From positions 1,729-65,728 of the IMG/VR virus record IMGVR_UViG_3300046005_001569: a stretch of 64,000 bases of DNA. One strand, written 5' to 3'. A model generated the notes under the pieces. The model ran no database searches, was not told the origin of the DNA, and saw only the letters and a list, made by a program, of their open reading frames with translations. Position numbers and translations under genes: made by a program. Every line of letters begins with the position of its first letter. The stretch's first letter is position 1. The DNA is from a virus (Duplodnaviria; Caudoviricetes). This document shows positions 25,255 to 34,450 of this stretch, one piece after another.

Positions 25255-27186
25255 TTAATCAACTGGAACTGGCATACCGCGAACTATCTTTACTTTTTTT
25301 CCAGTTGTTTTATCTATTCCAATTGAGCCTTCTGGTGCAGGCGCATCGCCAGTAGTTCTTTGTTCGCCTCTGTTGTAAATTTGCCCCGTAATCGGATTGC
25401 CAAAGACTTCTTGCTCTGCAAGTGGCAAGCTGGTTGTAGGGTCAAATGTTTTTGTTTTTAATTTCTCAAGAGGTGTTGGAGCAAGTGCAGCTAATTGCGC
25501 TAAACCTTGCCTACCCTGTTCCGATTCAGTGGGGTCTTTGCTTGCTGCCATCATTTCAAGTTTTGCTTTATGTTCGGCAAGTAACTGAATTGGATTGTTT
25601 CTCGCGTATTGTGTCTGCTCATTTTGTATGTCTTGTTGTGTTTTTTGCTGTGCAAGTAAATCTTGTCGGCGTTGCTCTGTTTGAGCCGCTGAAATATCTC
25701 CTTTTCCTGCTGCCAATTGCACTACTGCTTGTGCGCGTTGTTCGGGTGGTAACTTTTGAATTGCATCAAATTGAGCTTGCTCTTGATGTTGCGCGTAGAT
25801 TTGACCTGCTTGTGCGGCGGTAATTGCACCAGAAGCACGTTGCGCCTCTAATCTATCAAGTACATTAACGTCCATGCGATTGTCAGAAATAGTAGGCATC
25901 GACAATCCGCGTTGTGGTGTTCGTTGCTTCCCATCGCTACCCATCATGCCGTTTTCATTTTGAACAAATCCCATACCTTTATCGAATAAAGGATTGTGAT
26001 TTGCGGCAATGCTACCGTCAGTATTTTTGCTGGCTTTAATAAATCCCGTGCCACTTGTCACATCATTCATTGATGTTGGCATCTTGGATTGTGTGGGCGA
26101 TTGACCGTTTAGCAAGATTTCTGCATGGGTTGTTTGTGGCTTTCTTGGGTCAGCCAAGCTGTAATTTGGAGGCGTGCGATTAGTATTTATTTGTTCGTTA
26201 TTTACAACAGCCTGTGGTGTCGCTTGATTTACAGGTGCGACGACGGGCTTTTGTGGGTGGCTTGCCATATATTGCGTGTAAGCAGGATTCGTAATCTTGC
26301 CAGCGCGACTGTTTATAAATTGCTCTGGTGGCTCAGTAACGGCGAATCCACGACCGCCTTGTATTGGTGCATTTGATGTTGGTTTTGCTAATGGCGTTTG
26401 TGTTCGTGAAAAACTTTTTTGTGGTGCATCGCCCATCAATTCATTACCAAAATTCGGGTCGGCAATTGAACCTGCATGAATGTTTTTAGCAAAATTAGCC
26501 TCTTGATTCATTATGTTGCTGGCGTTCATGCCTGCTTGAATGGCTGGCATTGATGACGCTAATTTACTCGCCCCACTAGCAAGTCTTGATGTAATGCTTT
26601 GCGCTGGCGGTGCTGCTCCAACTCCGCCACCTGCATTACCCGTAGGCGGTTGTGCCATTTGCGTAAGCGATTGGGTTGTACCTGAACTTACTGCATTCAT
26701 TGTTTGTTGCGCCCCCATCATTGGGCGTGAAACCTGTCCCTCAATAATCGAGCCTTGAGCGGTTGCAGCAGGTTTAAATGTTGCAGGATTTTGTGCAAGC
26801 AAATCGCCGCTTAGTGCCGAACTTGATGTTGAGCCTAGGGGTGCTGGCTTTATCGGGTTATTTACTGTTGCAACAGGACGCGAAACTTGACCGTCAATAA
26901 TTGGATTCTGAACGGCTGGTGTTGGCTTAAAGTTAGCTGGTGATTGAGTGAATAATTCACCATTCAGGGTATTAGGTTTAGGTAGTGCTTGCTGTGTCTG
27001 CGCTATTTGTGGGTTCGGTCTGCCAACGGATGTACTTGCTTTTTGTCCATCAATAAACGTTTCATTCGGCAATGCTTTAGGCTTGGTGTATTTGTCAGGC
27101 GTAGGCGTAACTAATTCGCCTTGCACGGCATTACTGCCTGCCAAACGTTTTCTTTTGGAATTAAAGTTGTCGTCTAAATAATCCAC
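25255..27186 (-). CDS. Low-complexity Q/P/A/G-rich protein, probably an internal/ejected virion protein
   Basis: 643 aa with three N-terminal repeats (GEL...P..FKP....IIDGQ.SRP); first gene from the bidirectional late promoter. Confidence 0.65.
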   Translation of the reverse strand: MDYLDDNFNSKRKRLAGSNAVQGELVTPTPDKYTKPKALPNETFIDGQKASTSVGRPNPQIAQTQQALPKPNTLNGELFTQSPANFKPTPAVQNPIIDGQVSRPVATVNNPIKPAPLGSTSSSALSGDLLAQNPATFKPAATAQGSIIEGQVSRPMMGAQQTMNAVSSGTTQSLTQMAQPPTGNAGGGVGAAPPAQSITSRLASGASKLASSMPAIQAGMNASNIMNQEANFAKNIHAGSIADPNFGNELMGDAPQKSFSRTQTPLAKPTSNAPIQGGRGFAVTEPPEQFINSRAGKITNPAYTQYMASHPQKPVVAPVNQATPQAVVNNEQINTNRTPPNYSLADPRKPQTTHAEILLNGQSPTQSKMPTSMNDVTSGTGFIKASKNTDGSIAANHNPLFDKGMGFVQNENGMMGSDGKQRTPQRGLSMPTISDNRMDVNVLDRLEAQRASGAITAAQAGQIYAQHQEQAQFDAIQKLPPEQRAQAVVQLAAGKGDISAAQTEQRRQDLLAQQKTQQDIQNEQTQYARNNPIQLLAEHKAKLEMMAASKDPTESEQGRQGLAQLAALAPTPLEKLKTKTFDPTTSLPLAEQEVFGNPITGQIYNRGEQRTTGDAPAPEGSIGIDKTTGKKVKIVRGMPVPVD

Positions 27187-27219
27187 ACCAAGCTCCTCCT
27201 ACGCTAAAAATATGGAACA

Positions 27220-27304
27220 ATCTTATTTCGTTTAGTCGAGCTGTTTTTTTAAACTGTTTTACTAATTTAGTTTAAAAAAACATATCGCCAACCTTATGTA
27301 ACTT
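27220..27304. promoter_or_regulatory. Bidirectional late promoter: dyad 27248-27276 with -10 TAAGAT (minus, 27225-27220) and TAACTT (plus, 27299-27304)
   Basis: TTTAAAC-N15-GTTTAAA between divergent late operons, with a hexamer 22 nt away on each side. Confidence 0.8.
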
Positions 27305-27352
27305 ATAGCCTCCGAAAATCAGAACGTCGTGATGACGTACAGAAGGTTAAAA

Positions 27353-27811
27353 ATGGCTTACAACTACTCAACAGGGTTTATCAATAAAACCCTTGAATCA
27401 ATCGCGGCTGACCTAGATGGTGGCTGTATTGAAATCTATACGGGGTCGCGTCCGACAAACGCCGATGCGCCAATTAAAGGCACATTGCTAGGTATCGTTA
27501 CCGCTGGCGGCTTGCCGTTCACAGCAGGTAATCCAGCAAACGGTTTGAAGTTCGCAACCGTTGCCGCCGACAAAACAATCGACAAAGACAGTACGCAAGT
27601 TTGGCAATTCAAGGCACTTGAAACAGGTGTTGCAGGTTGGTTGCGTCTTAAAGCAAATGCTGTTGATGCGGGTGGAAATTCAACGGACGCACTAAGAATT
27701 GACGGCTCGATTGCCGCATTCGGTGGCGATGCGACGATTGAAGGCAGCGCAAACATCGAAAAGGACAAGATTTACACCCTCAACAAATGCACGATAAATT
27801 GGGCGGTGTAA
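27353..27811 (+). CDS. Small fibre-subunit-like beta protein
   Basis: STGF...LDGGCIEIYTGSRPTNAD...AGWLR...RIDG; paralogous to the C-terminal domain of the 1348-aa protein. Start at ATG 27353. Confidence 0.75.
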   Translation: MAYNYSTGFINKTLESIAADLDGGCIEIYTGSRPTNADAPIKGTLLGIVTAGGLPFTAGNPANGLKFATVAADKTIDKDSTQVWQFKALETGVAGWLRLKANAVDAGGNSTDALRIDGSIAAFGGDATIEGSANIEKDKIYTLNKCTINWAV

Positions 27812-27812
27812 C

Positions 27813-28628
27813 ATGGCTGTCCAACAAGCGTTTTTCACTAACGAAGGTGAGGCTTTGTTTGCCTCGATGCTGTTCAAAAATGACAGTTCTGTTCGTCCTG
27901 CAAATTTAGAATTGCTTTTATTTACAAATTTAACTGTAAGCGAAGCAACAAAATATACAGATTTGACCGAACCAACAGGCGGTAGTTACGCTCGCAAAAC
28001 ATTAGTTGATGCGAACTGGACAATTGCAAACGGTGTCTTTTCTTACCCTCAACAAACCTTTACGCCAATCGGCGCGAGCTACACGGGTGCAATTCAAGGT
28101 GCGGCAATCGTAACGAAAGGTTCAAGTCCAAAAGTATTGTTTATCGTAACCGACCCTGTAGCACCCATTACCTTAACCGCTGGCACACCTTACATTGTGG
28201 CGGCAAATGTTGCGTGTAATCCCGTAACAAAAGGCAACACTGAGTTTTTCTTGAGCTTACTTTTGAAGAATGAAATGTCATCGCGTGGAACAGGATTGCA
28301 AGCAGTCTTATTCACGAACCCTACCAACATAACAGCCAAACTTTTAGCGGACATATCGCAACCAACAAGTGTGGGCGGCTATTTGGCAGAAGATATTTTG
28401 GATAGTGCTTGGTCAATTGTTACAACAACAGGCGATGCTGTTGCAAATTGCCCTGCCATTTCATTTACGCCAACAGGCGAGTTGTTTTCTAGTGATGTAG
28501 TGGGCTATGCAATTACGACAAAGACAGCACCTAATTATGTTGTAAGTATTGAAGCTGACCCAGCATCGCCCGTATCACTACCACTAAACACGCCGTATAT
28601 CATTACGCCGTCAATCAAAATCATGTAA
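27813..28628 (+). CDS. Fibre-subunit-like protein made of two tandem copies of one domain
   Basis: The halves align (LLLFTN/AVLFTN, GGSYA/GGYLA, FTPIG/FTPTG, DPVAPITL..GTPYIV/DPASPVSL..NTPYII). Confidence 0.75.
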   Translation: MAVQQAFFTNEGEALFASMLFKNDSSVRPANLELLLFTNLTVSEATKYTDLTEPTGGSYARKTLVDANWTIANGVFSYPQQTFTPIGASYTGAIQGAAIVTKGSSPKVLFIVTDPVAPITLTAGTPYIVAANVACNPVTKGNTEFFLSLLLKNEMSSRGTGLQAVLFTNPTNITAKLLADISQPTSVGGYLAEDILDSAWSIVTTTGDAVANCPAISFTPTGELFSSDVVGYAITTKTAPNYVVSIEADPASPVSLPLNTPYIITPSIKIM

Positions 28629-28643
28629 TTGGAGTTTTTCAAA

Positions 28644-29783
28644 ATGGCTAACAAAGTTCAACTTTTTCGTTCTGACGATACAGGCGCACCACAATTAACT
28701 AATGCAATCGGTAGCTTAATTGGTGTTTTCGATGCTTGCTTAATCAACGGTTATGGCACACGGGACAGTACAAAAATCTCGTCAGTAACATCTGTAAGTG
28801 ACGTTGCAACAATCACATTTAATATGGCTCACGGTTTTCGTGAATTGCAGCGTTTGGAAGTTGTATTGCCTGACGAACAATACACAGGCGTGTTTGATGT
28901 TACCAGTGTTACCGCAAACAGCTTAACGATAAAACTTAATGGCATTCCCACGTCAGCAACTTGTACGCCTGACGCGAGTTCGCTTGTTAAGGTTGCAGGC
29001 GCAAAGTGGGTAAAGGAATTTACCGAAGCCAATAAAGCGGCTTATCGCCCAGCGTTAAATACTGCAAACCGCTGTTATTTGTCTGTCGATGATTCATTGA
29101 CAACAATTACCAATGGCATTGCAAACGTGCGTGGATTTGAAGCCATGACAGGCGCGACAACAGGGGAGCGAGCGTTTCCAACAACTGTTCAGCAGGCTGC
29201 CTGCAACATTCCAAAATCGTCCGACGCAAATCCCAAAAATTGGATTTTGGTTGCTGACGGCGATATGTTTTATTTCTTCGTCAATCCATCAGTAACGTCA
29301 ACGTACAGCTATTTTGGTTTTGCATTCGGTTATCCAAAATCAAAAATGACACTTGAAGATACATTTGGCTGCATTTTGATTGCGTCAAGCGGTACAAATA
29401 GCACAACAGCGGTGGGCTTTAAAACCAATATGGGTAGTGCTTTAGGCTGGTTTGCTCGCTCGTTCACTCAAATTGGTGGGGCTGTTACATTTAGCTTGTT
29501 TGGTTCTGGGATTTCAACAGGGTTTGGCAATGGCGGTGATAGCTTTCCATCGCCGATTGATAATTCACTTAACGTATCGCCTGTTTATATTTATCAAAAC
29601 GGTACGCGCGGAATTTTGCAGGGCATTTTACAGCCGCTACATAACAGACCGATAGGACATGGTTCATATTACAAAGGCTTGGCGGAATTTCCTAACCAAA
29701 CAGTCTTATCAATTGGGTTAGCTGATTCTGGTAATGCGGCAATCAATGGTGAGTTACATATTATCGTCGAGGGGCTTTGGTAA
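28644..29783 (+). CDS. Putative tail/fibre protein
   Basis: FRSDDTGAPQL...GSLIGVFDACLINGYG N-terminus common in proteobacterial phage tail modules. Confidence 0.7.
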   Translation: MANKVQLFRSDDTGAPQLTNAIGSLIGVFDACLINGYGTRDSTKISSVTSVSDVATITFNMAHGFRELQRLEVVLPDEQYTGVFDVTSVTANSLTIKLNGIPTSATCTPDASSLVKVAGAKWVKEFTEANKAAYRPALNTANRCYLSVDDSLTTITNGIANVRGFEAMTGATTGERAFPTTVQQAACNIPKSSDANPKNWILVADGDMFYFFVNPSVTSTYSYFGFAFGYPKSKMTLEDTFGCILIASSGTNSTTAVGFKTNMGSALGWFARSFTQIGGAVTFSLFGSGISTGFGNGGDSFPSPIDNSLNVSPVYIYQNGTRGILQGILQPLHNRPIGHGSYYKGLAEFPNQTVLSIGLADSGNAAINGELHIIVEGLW

Positions 29784-30391
29784 TGCCTGCCGAGATTGTT
29801 GTTGCTAATTATTCAGCACGCATTCTTAACACGCGCTATCGAAAATCAGGTAGCGCATTGAATTCGATTGTCGGCAAATCTGCCAAACGCATTATTCCCG
29901 CAAAAATAAAATGCGGTTCAACGTCAAAAACAAAGCTAATGCTTTCAAAAAATTTGCTGCAATTGCAGGCAAATCATGGCGTTCCTACTATGCGTTTTTT
30001 GCTGGTATCAAAATTACCAATGCGCTTATTTGGTGACAATGGTTCACTGCGTTTTACGATGACTTCGCAGCATAAATGCCTTGTTAATGGCGGTTACACT
30101 GGCGAAGTTCAAAAAAAATTGCCGCAACGTGTTGGTGCTACGCCTGTTGAATTGATTGTTCCAAACGGGAATGCAACCGTATCGGGTACAACAAAAGAAG
30201 GCAAAGTACCCGTATCGCGCAAAGTTCGCTTGTATCGCAAAGACAACGGCAAGCTGGTTGATGAAGTTAAGAGCGATGCGGTCGGTCGTTATCAGTTTGC
30301 AAATCTACCTGCTGGGTTCAATTTCTTTGTTGTTTCACATGATAGCAATGGTATCTACAACGCCGCCATTTCTGACAATATCACTGCTTAG
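29783..30391 (+). CDS. Tail-associated protein with C-terminal Ig-like (carboxypeptidase-regulatory-like) domain
   Basis: PVSRKVRLYRKDNGKLV...SDAVGRYQF..L...YNAAISD motif. Confidence 0.65.
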   Translation: MPAEIVVANYSARILNTRYRKSGSALNSIVGKSAKRIIPAKIKCGSTSKTKLMLSKNLLQLQANHGVPTMRFLLVSKLPMRLFGDNGSLRFTMTSQHKCLVNGGYTGEVQKKLPQRVGATPVELIVPNGNATVSGTTKEGKVPVSRKVRLYRKDNGKLVDEVKSDAVGRYQFANLPAGFNFFVVSHDSNGIYNAAISDNITA

Positions 30392-30402
30392 AGTTTAAAA
30401 AA

Positions 30403-33400
30403 ATGACTGACATTATCTTTAATACCACTTACGCACAACCCGCCTCCAATGTTGCTGATTTGAATTTTGTTGATAATGTCATCAATTTTAAAGTTGTTAG
30501 TGCAATCGGCATTGAACCCAAAACCGCATTCCAAAAATTACCAGCGCGAAACTTCAAAAGCACAATTGCAATTGACGTGCTAGGTAAATTTGAAAACCCA
30601 ACACCACACTTTAAAGCCGAATCTATAGATGTTATTTCCATAGTTCCCGCGATAGGATTTCATGTTGTTCACGATAAAGGTGACGGCGACACGTTGTTTG
30701 ATAAAACTCAATTCCTTTGCCATTTTATAGGTGATGAAACGGGTATCGAGATTCGCAACAAAGCGAACAATGAAAAAGGAATTTTTTATACGGGCGGCGT
30801 AACTAACGGCATACAAGATACTAGACTAAGTTCTTACAAGCCAAACGATGACGCATTTGAAGGCTTTGTTCACCAAGAAAAAGGAGGTGAATATACTGGT
30901 TTCAGATTTAAGGATTTTGGAAGGAATCTTAGTGTTCGCGGTAATGATTGGTGTTTTGAAGCAAGAGTGAAATTTCCCGAAGGATTAAATTTGGACGAAG
31001 TTGGCGGCTCGTATCAGTTATTTTCAAATTGGCAAATTAAGGTATTGGTAGGGTTGAACTCCGAGGATAAAAGGCTGTCATCAATCACGTTAGAAACAGG
31101 AAAAGGCAATAATCTTTTTCTGCTTAACAAAAATTTTTACTTTTATTGGAACTTGTACGAAAAAGAAATTGATATAGTCGATTCATTTGCAGCTATAAAA
31201 CTGCTTTGCGTAGATGGGAATTTCGAGCTTTGGATAAATGGCGTAGTTATGGCAGCCCCCAAAGTCCCTGTTGCACAAATTTTTATAAGTGGCACGTTTA
31301 ATCTTCCAACGTATCATTTATTAGATGTTCCTGTTGTCAATTATCCGAAAGATAACCTTTTTTCAGAAACCACAAAAGCAGTTCCCGTTACACCAGAAGT
31401 ATTGGCAGGTATTGAATCCATGTCAAACCTAATGGAAATAAAAAGCAATAAAACACATAAATTTTATCGCTCAAAAACTAGGATGCTAACAATTGACAAT
31501 GATAGTTTCAGGTTGAACGGTCACAATTACGCAGTTGATTTGAAGTATGTCTATGGCTTAAAGAAAATTGTTGTTGCGCCAAATTACATGGATATATTTT
31601 TTAATACCAATGTAATTGCTGAAACCAGCATTAGAGTTGATTTTCCGAAGCCTTTGTACGTTTGGTTTTATTTGGATGTCGATGTAAAAGCGGGGGAAAC
31701 AAATACATTCACACCCGTTAATTATCAAGGAAATTATCTTAATAACATCAATAGTAAAATCCTTGATAAAACCAAAGTTTTTGGCTACAACAAACTTCCT
31801 GTGGAAGCGAGGGGGTCTTTTTTGCGACTTGAAATGATTGATAGTGTTTTAAATGTCACGCTTCATTTCTATGAAAACACCAACTTCGTTACAAAATCAG
31901 TGCGCTTAGAAAGTGCCACAGAATTTCCATTGGCAAACTTTTGTTTCGACGCGCCACCATTTGAAACAATTAACGACACGACATCATTTGTTATTGATGT
32001 GGATTCATTGTATTTATTCGGTACGCCATATAGCGACGCTAAATTAAGTACCATTGAGTTATCGTATTCCGTTTGGGGTTATTACGAGGGAAAGAGAGTT
32101 GACGGCACTGATAATTTCTTGGAACACACAATAATAAGCGACGTTACGGATAATTTAACTGGTACTACTGAGCGGTATGACTATTTGCGACCGCTAGGCG
32201 AATTTACAAATAGAATAACTAATCAGGCGCAGCGTGATGAATTAAAAGCGATTTTCGACAATCGTGATAACTTTGAATATATCGGCGAATCAAATCTAGT
32301 TACATACACTTCTCGCACGGACATAGGCAAAAATCCGCACTATTGCTATGGTGTTGATAGATTTATTGTGAATGAAGATTACGTTGAAATTATTTTTGAC
32401 GATACATTTATCGAGGATTCGCATAAATTTTACACGCCATTTAAGTTGAAAAACTATTATAGGGATTTAGTAGGGACGCAAAATAATTACGAAGTTTATT
32501 TTGAAATCCGAAATAATAAATTTACTTGCGTGCTATATGAAGTCTTTTATGTTACCAACAGTTCTTCGGTAGCGACCTATAGCTATGACAAAGTTAAAAC
32601 ATTAAGACTAAATCAAGAATTTACAGCGACTTACAAGCAAAAAGATTTAACAATTTACGATGGTAGCGTTCATTTTGGCTTGTATGGCGAACTTGAATAT
32701 AGAAATGAAAACGCCATTGATATTAGCGCAAAACTACTTTTAGACGAGGCGCGTTTTACGATAGGCGATGCACGCTATAGAGATAGTGAAATCGTACCCA
32801 CCGAACCATTCCCTGATTACCTTCAAAATGTAATTGAAATTCAGCCAAATTTTGGGCTGTCTGCAATCTACGAGTTTGGTTCAAACAACACAATTGCTTT
32901 TGATGCAAAGGCAGCGTTCAGGGGTTACACGAAGAAATCTAAGGTAACTACGCCAACCGACCCTAACGTAATAGTTCCTGTTGAATATCGCGCCGAATCC
33001 ATAATTGGATTAACGCCAGTATTTGAGATTTCAAGGGAGGTTTTCTTGAATGACATCAATGAAATTTCAATTGTTGGAAACTCCATGTTTGCCACTGCTC
33101 GTAACGTTGAATTCAATCTTGAGCTGTCTGTTGTTTCAAATTCATCATTTTTATTATCGACACCGATTCTAGCTTGCGACCCGTTATTTGAAAGTGTTGT
33201 TTTATTGATGCCGTGTGACAGCTATCCTTTGGTTGATATTATCGGACATACAGTAACCAGTGGCAGTAGCGTGACCGTAGGCGACACGAAGGCTGTATTC
33301 AATGAAAAGTCGTTGAACATTGTTAGCGACATAAACAGCTTGGTCGAAGTGTCCAGCTCCGATTTCGGGCTTACAAAAGATTCAATTTTTTGCATTGAGT

Positions 33401-34449
33401 TTTGGTTTTATCCTACTTCCGACACCAACTACATTTCAATAATGCAGTTCGGTTCAAAATACGTTGACAGTTATGGTGCAGCAACACAGTACAACTGGCA
33501 ATTTATTACCAGTGCTGGGAATGTTGCGTTTGGAATCGGGAATACAAAAACACCTACAACCTTCGGCTCAAGGGCTACGTCAACAAACAAGTTCAACTTG
33601 AATAAATGGAATCATGTAAAAGCAACTAACGAAAAATGCTTTTTAAATGGGGTTGAGTTTGGTGTTGATTACATATCAAAAATATCAGCTACATTCTTTA
33701 ATTTCTTGCCAACGGACGTTTTGACAATCGGTAACAAACGCTGGTGGAATTCGTCGTACCCAACTCTAAAGTTAAGCGATATTCGCATAACGATTGGCAG
33801 TAACCGTTCAACTGAAAAGACACCGCCAGAAACACCCTATTTTAGAGTTTCTTGTATTAAACACGAAATAACGCCTGTTAATTTCTTTAGCAATTCCGTT
33901 ATTGATTTCTCAATAAGCGCAGATATGAAGTCGTACCCGCCTATTGCGTTTTCACACGAATCCGAAATAAACGTCGGGGCTGAATTGGTGTTTAGACAAA
34001 TAAAGACTGAAATTGTGTACTTGCCAGTAGAAAACAAATCAAAAGTTTCGACGGGGTTTGTTGATATGTTGTTGGGCGGTTTTGGTGTGTCAGAAACGCT
34101 TAGTGGCGGCTCAATTGAGTTTTACACGGGTTCACGTCCCCATTCTGCAAACCACGCCGTAACAGGCAAATTGCTTGGTGTTATTACAGGCATTCAGTTT
34201 GGTATTCCAGCCAACAGGGTGATTAGCAAATCAACAACCGAACTTTGGAACTTCACGGGATTGGCGACAGGCAAGATAGGCTGGTTCAGGATTAAGTCGG
34301 ATTCATCTTTTACCGATTACGGGCAGGATTCCGTGCGCGAAGTAAGGATTGATGGCGAGGCGGGTGTTGATGCCATATCGTCGAATTTTGACGTTGTTAT
34401 AGGCAATCAGTATTTCATTGATAAGTTCTATATCGCATGGAGTAACTGA
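30403..34449 (+). CDS. Large adhesin/fibre protein: LamG-like domains, beta-strand repeats, C-terminal fibre-subunit domain
   Basis: DPLFESVVLLMPCD...FCIEFWFYP...SDIRITIG and DTLFDKTQFLCHF...DWCFE...DEARFTIG LamG-type motifs. Confidence 0.75.
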   Translation: MTDIIFNTTYAQPASNVADLNFVDNVINFKVVSAIGIEPKTAFQKLPARNFKSTIAIDVLGKFENPTPHFKAESIDVISIVPAIGFHVVHDKGDGDTLFDKTQFLCHFIGDETGIEIRNKANNEKGIFYTGGVTNGIQDTRLSSYKPNDDAFEGFVHQEKGGEYTGFRFKDFGRNLSVRGNDWCFEARVKFPEGLNLDEVGGSYQLFSNWQIKVLVGLNSEDKRLSSITLETGKGNNLFLLNKNFYFYWNLYEKEIDIVDSFAAIKLLCVDGNFELWINGVVMAAPKVPVAQIFISGTFNLPTYHLLDVPVVNYPKDNLFSETTKAVPVTPEVLAGIESMSNLMEIKSNKTHKFYRSKTRMLTIDNDSFRLNGHNYAVDLKYVYGLKKIVVAPNYMDIFFNTNVIAETSIRVDFPKPLYVWFYLDVDVKAGETNTFTPVNYQGNYLNNINSKILDKTKVFGYNKLPVEARGSFLRLEMIDSVLNVTLHFYENTNFVTKSVRLESATEFPLANFCFDAPPFETINDTTSFVIDVDSLYLFGTPYSDAKLSTIELSYSVWGYYEGKRVDGTDNFLEHTIISDVTDNLTGTTERYDYLRPLGEFTNRITNQAQRDELKAIFDNRDNFEYIGESNLVTYTSRTDIGKNPHYCYGVDRFIVNEDYVEIIFDDTFIEDSHKFYTPFKLKNYYRDLVGTQNNYEVYFEIRNNKFTCVLYEVFYVTNSSSVATYSYDKVKTLRLNQEFTATYKQKDLTIYDGSVHFGLYGELEYRNENAIDISAKLLLDEARFTIGDARYRDSEIVPTEPFPDYLQNVIEIQPNFGLSAIYEFGSNNTIAFDAKAAFRGYTKKSKVTTPTDPNVIVPVEYRAESIIGLTPVFEISREVFLNDINEISIVGNSMFATARNVEFNLELSVVSNSSFLLSTPILACDPLFESVVLLMPCDSYPLVDIIGHTVTSGSSVTVGDTKAVFNEKSLNIVSDINSLVEVSSSDFGLTKDSIFCIEFWFYPTSDTNYISIMQFGSKYVDSYGAATQYNWQFITSAGNVAFGIGNTKTPTTFGSRATSTNKFNLNKWNHVKATNEKCFLNGVEFGVDYISKISATFFNFLPTDVLTIGNKRWWNSSYPTLKLSDIRITIGSNRSTEKTPPETPYFRVSCIKHEITPVNFFSNSVIDFSISADMKSYPPIAFSHESEINVGAELVFRQIKTEIVYLPVENKSKVSTGFVDMLLGGFGVSETLSGGSIEFYTGSRPHSANHAVTGKLLGVITGIQFGIPANRVISKSTTELWNFTGLATGKIGWFRIKSDSSFTDYGQDSVREVRIDGEAGVDAISSNFDVVIGNQYFIDKFYIAWSN

Positions 34450-34450
34450 C

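Noticed and set aside
27278-27304. Possible dif-like XerCD site (TTATGTAACTT)
   Set aside because: Poor XerD-arm match and no XerC arm; better explained as the -10 region of the late promoter.
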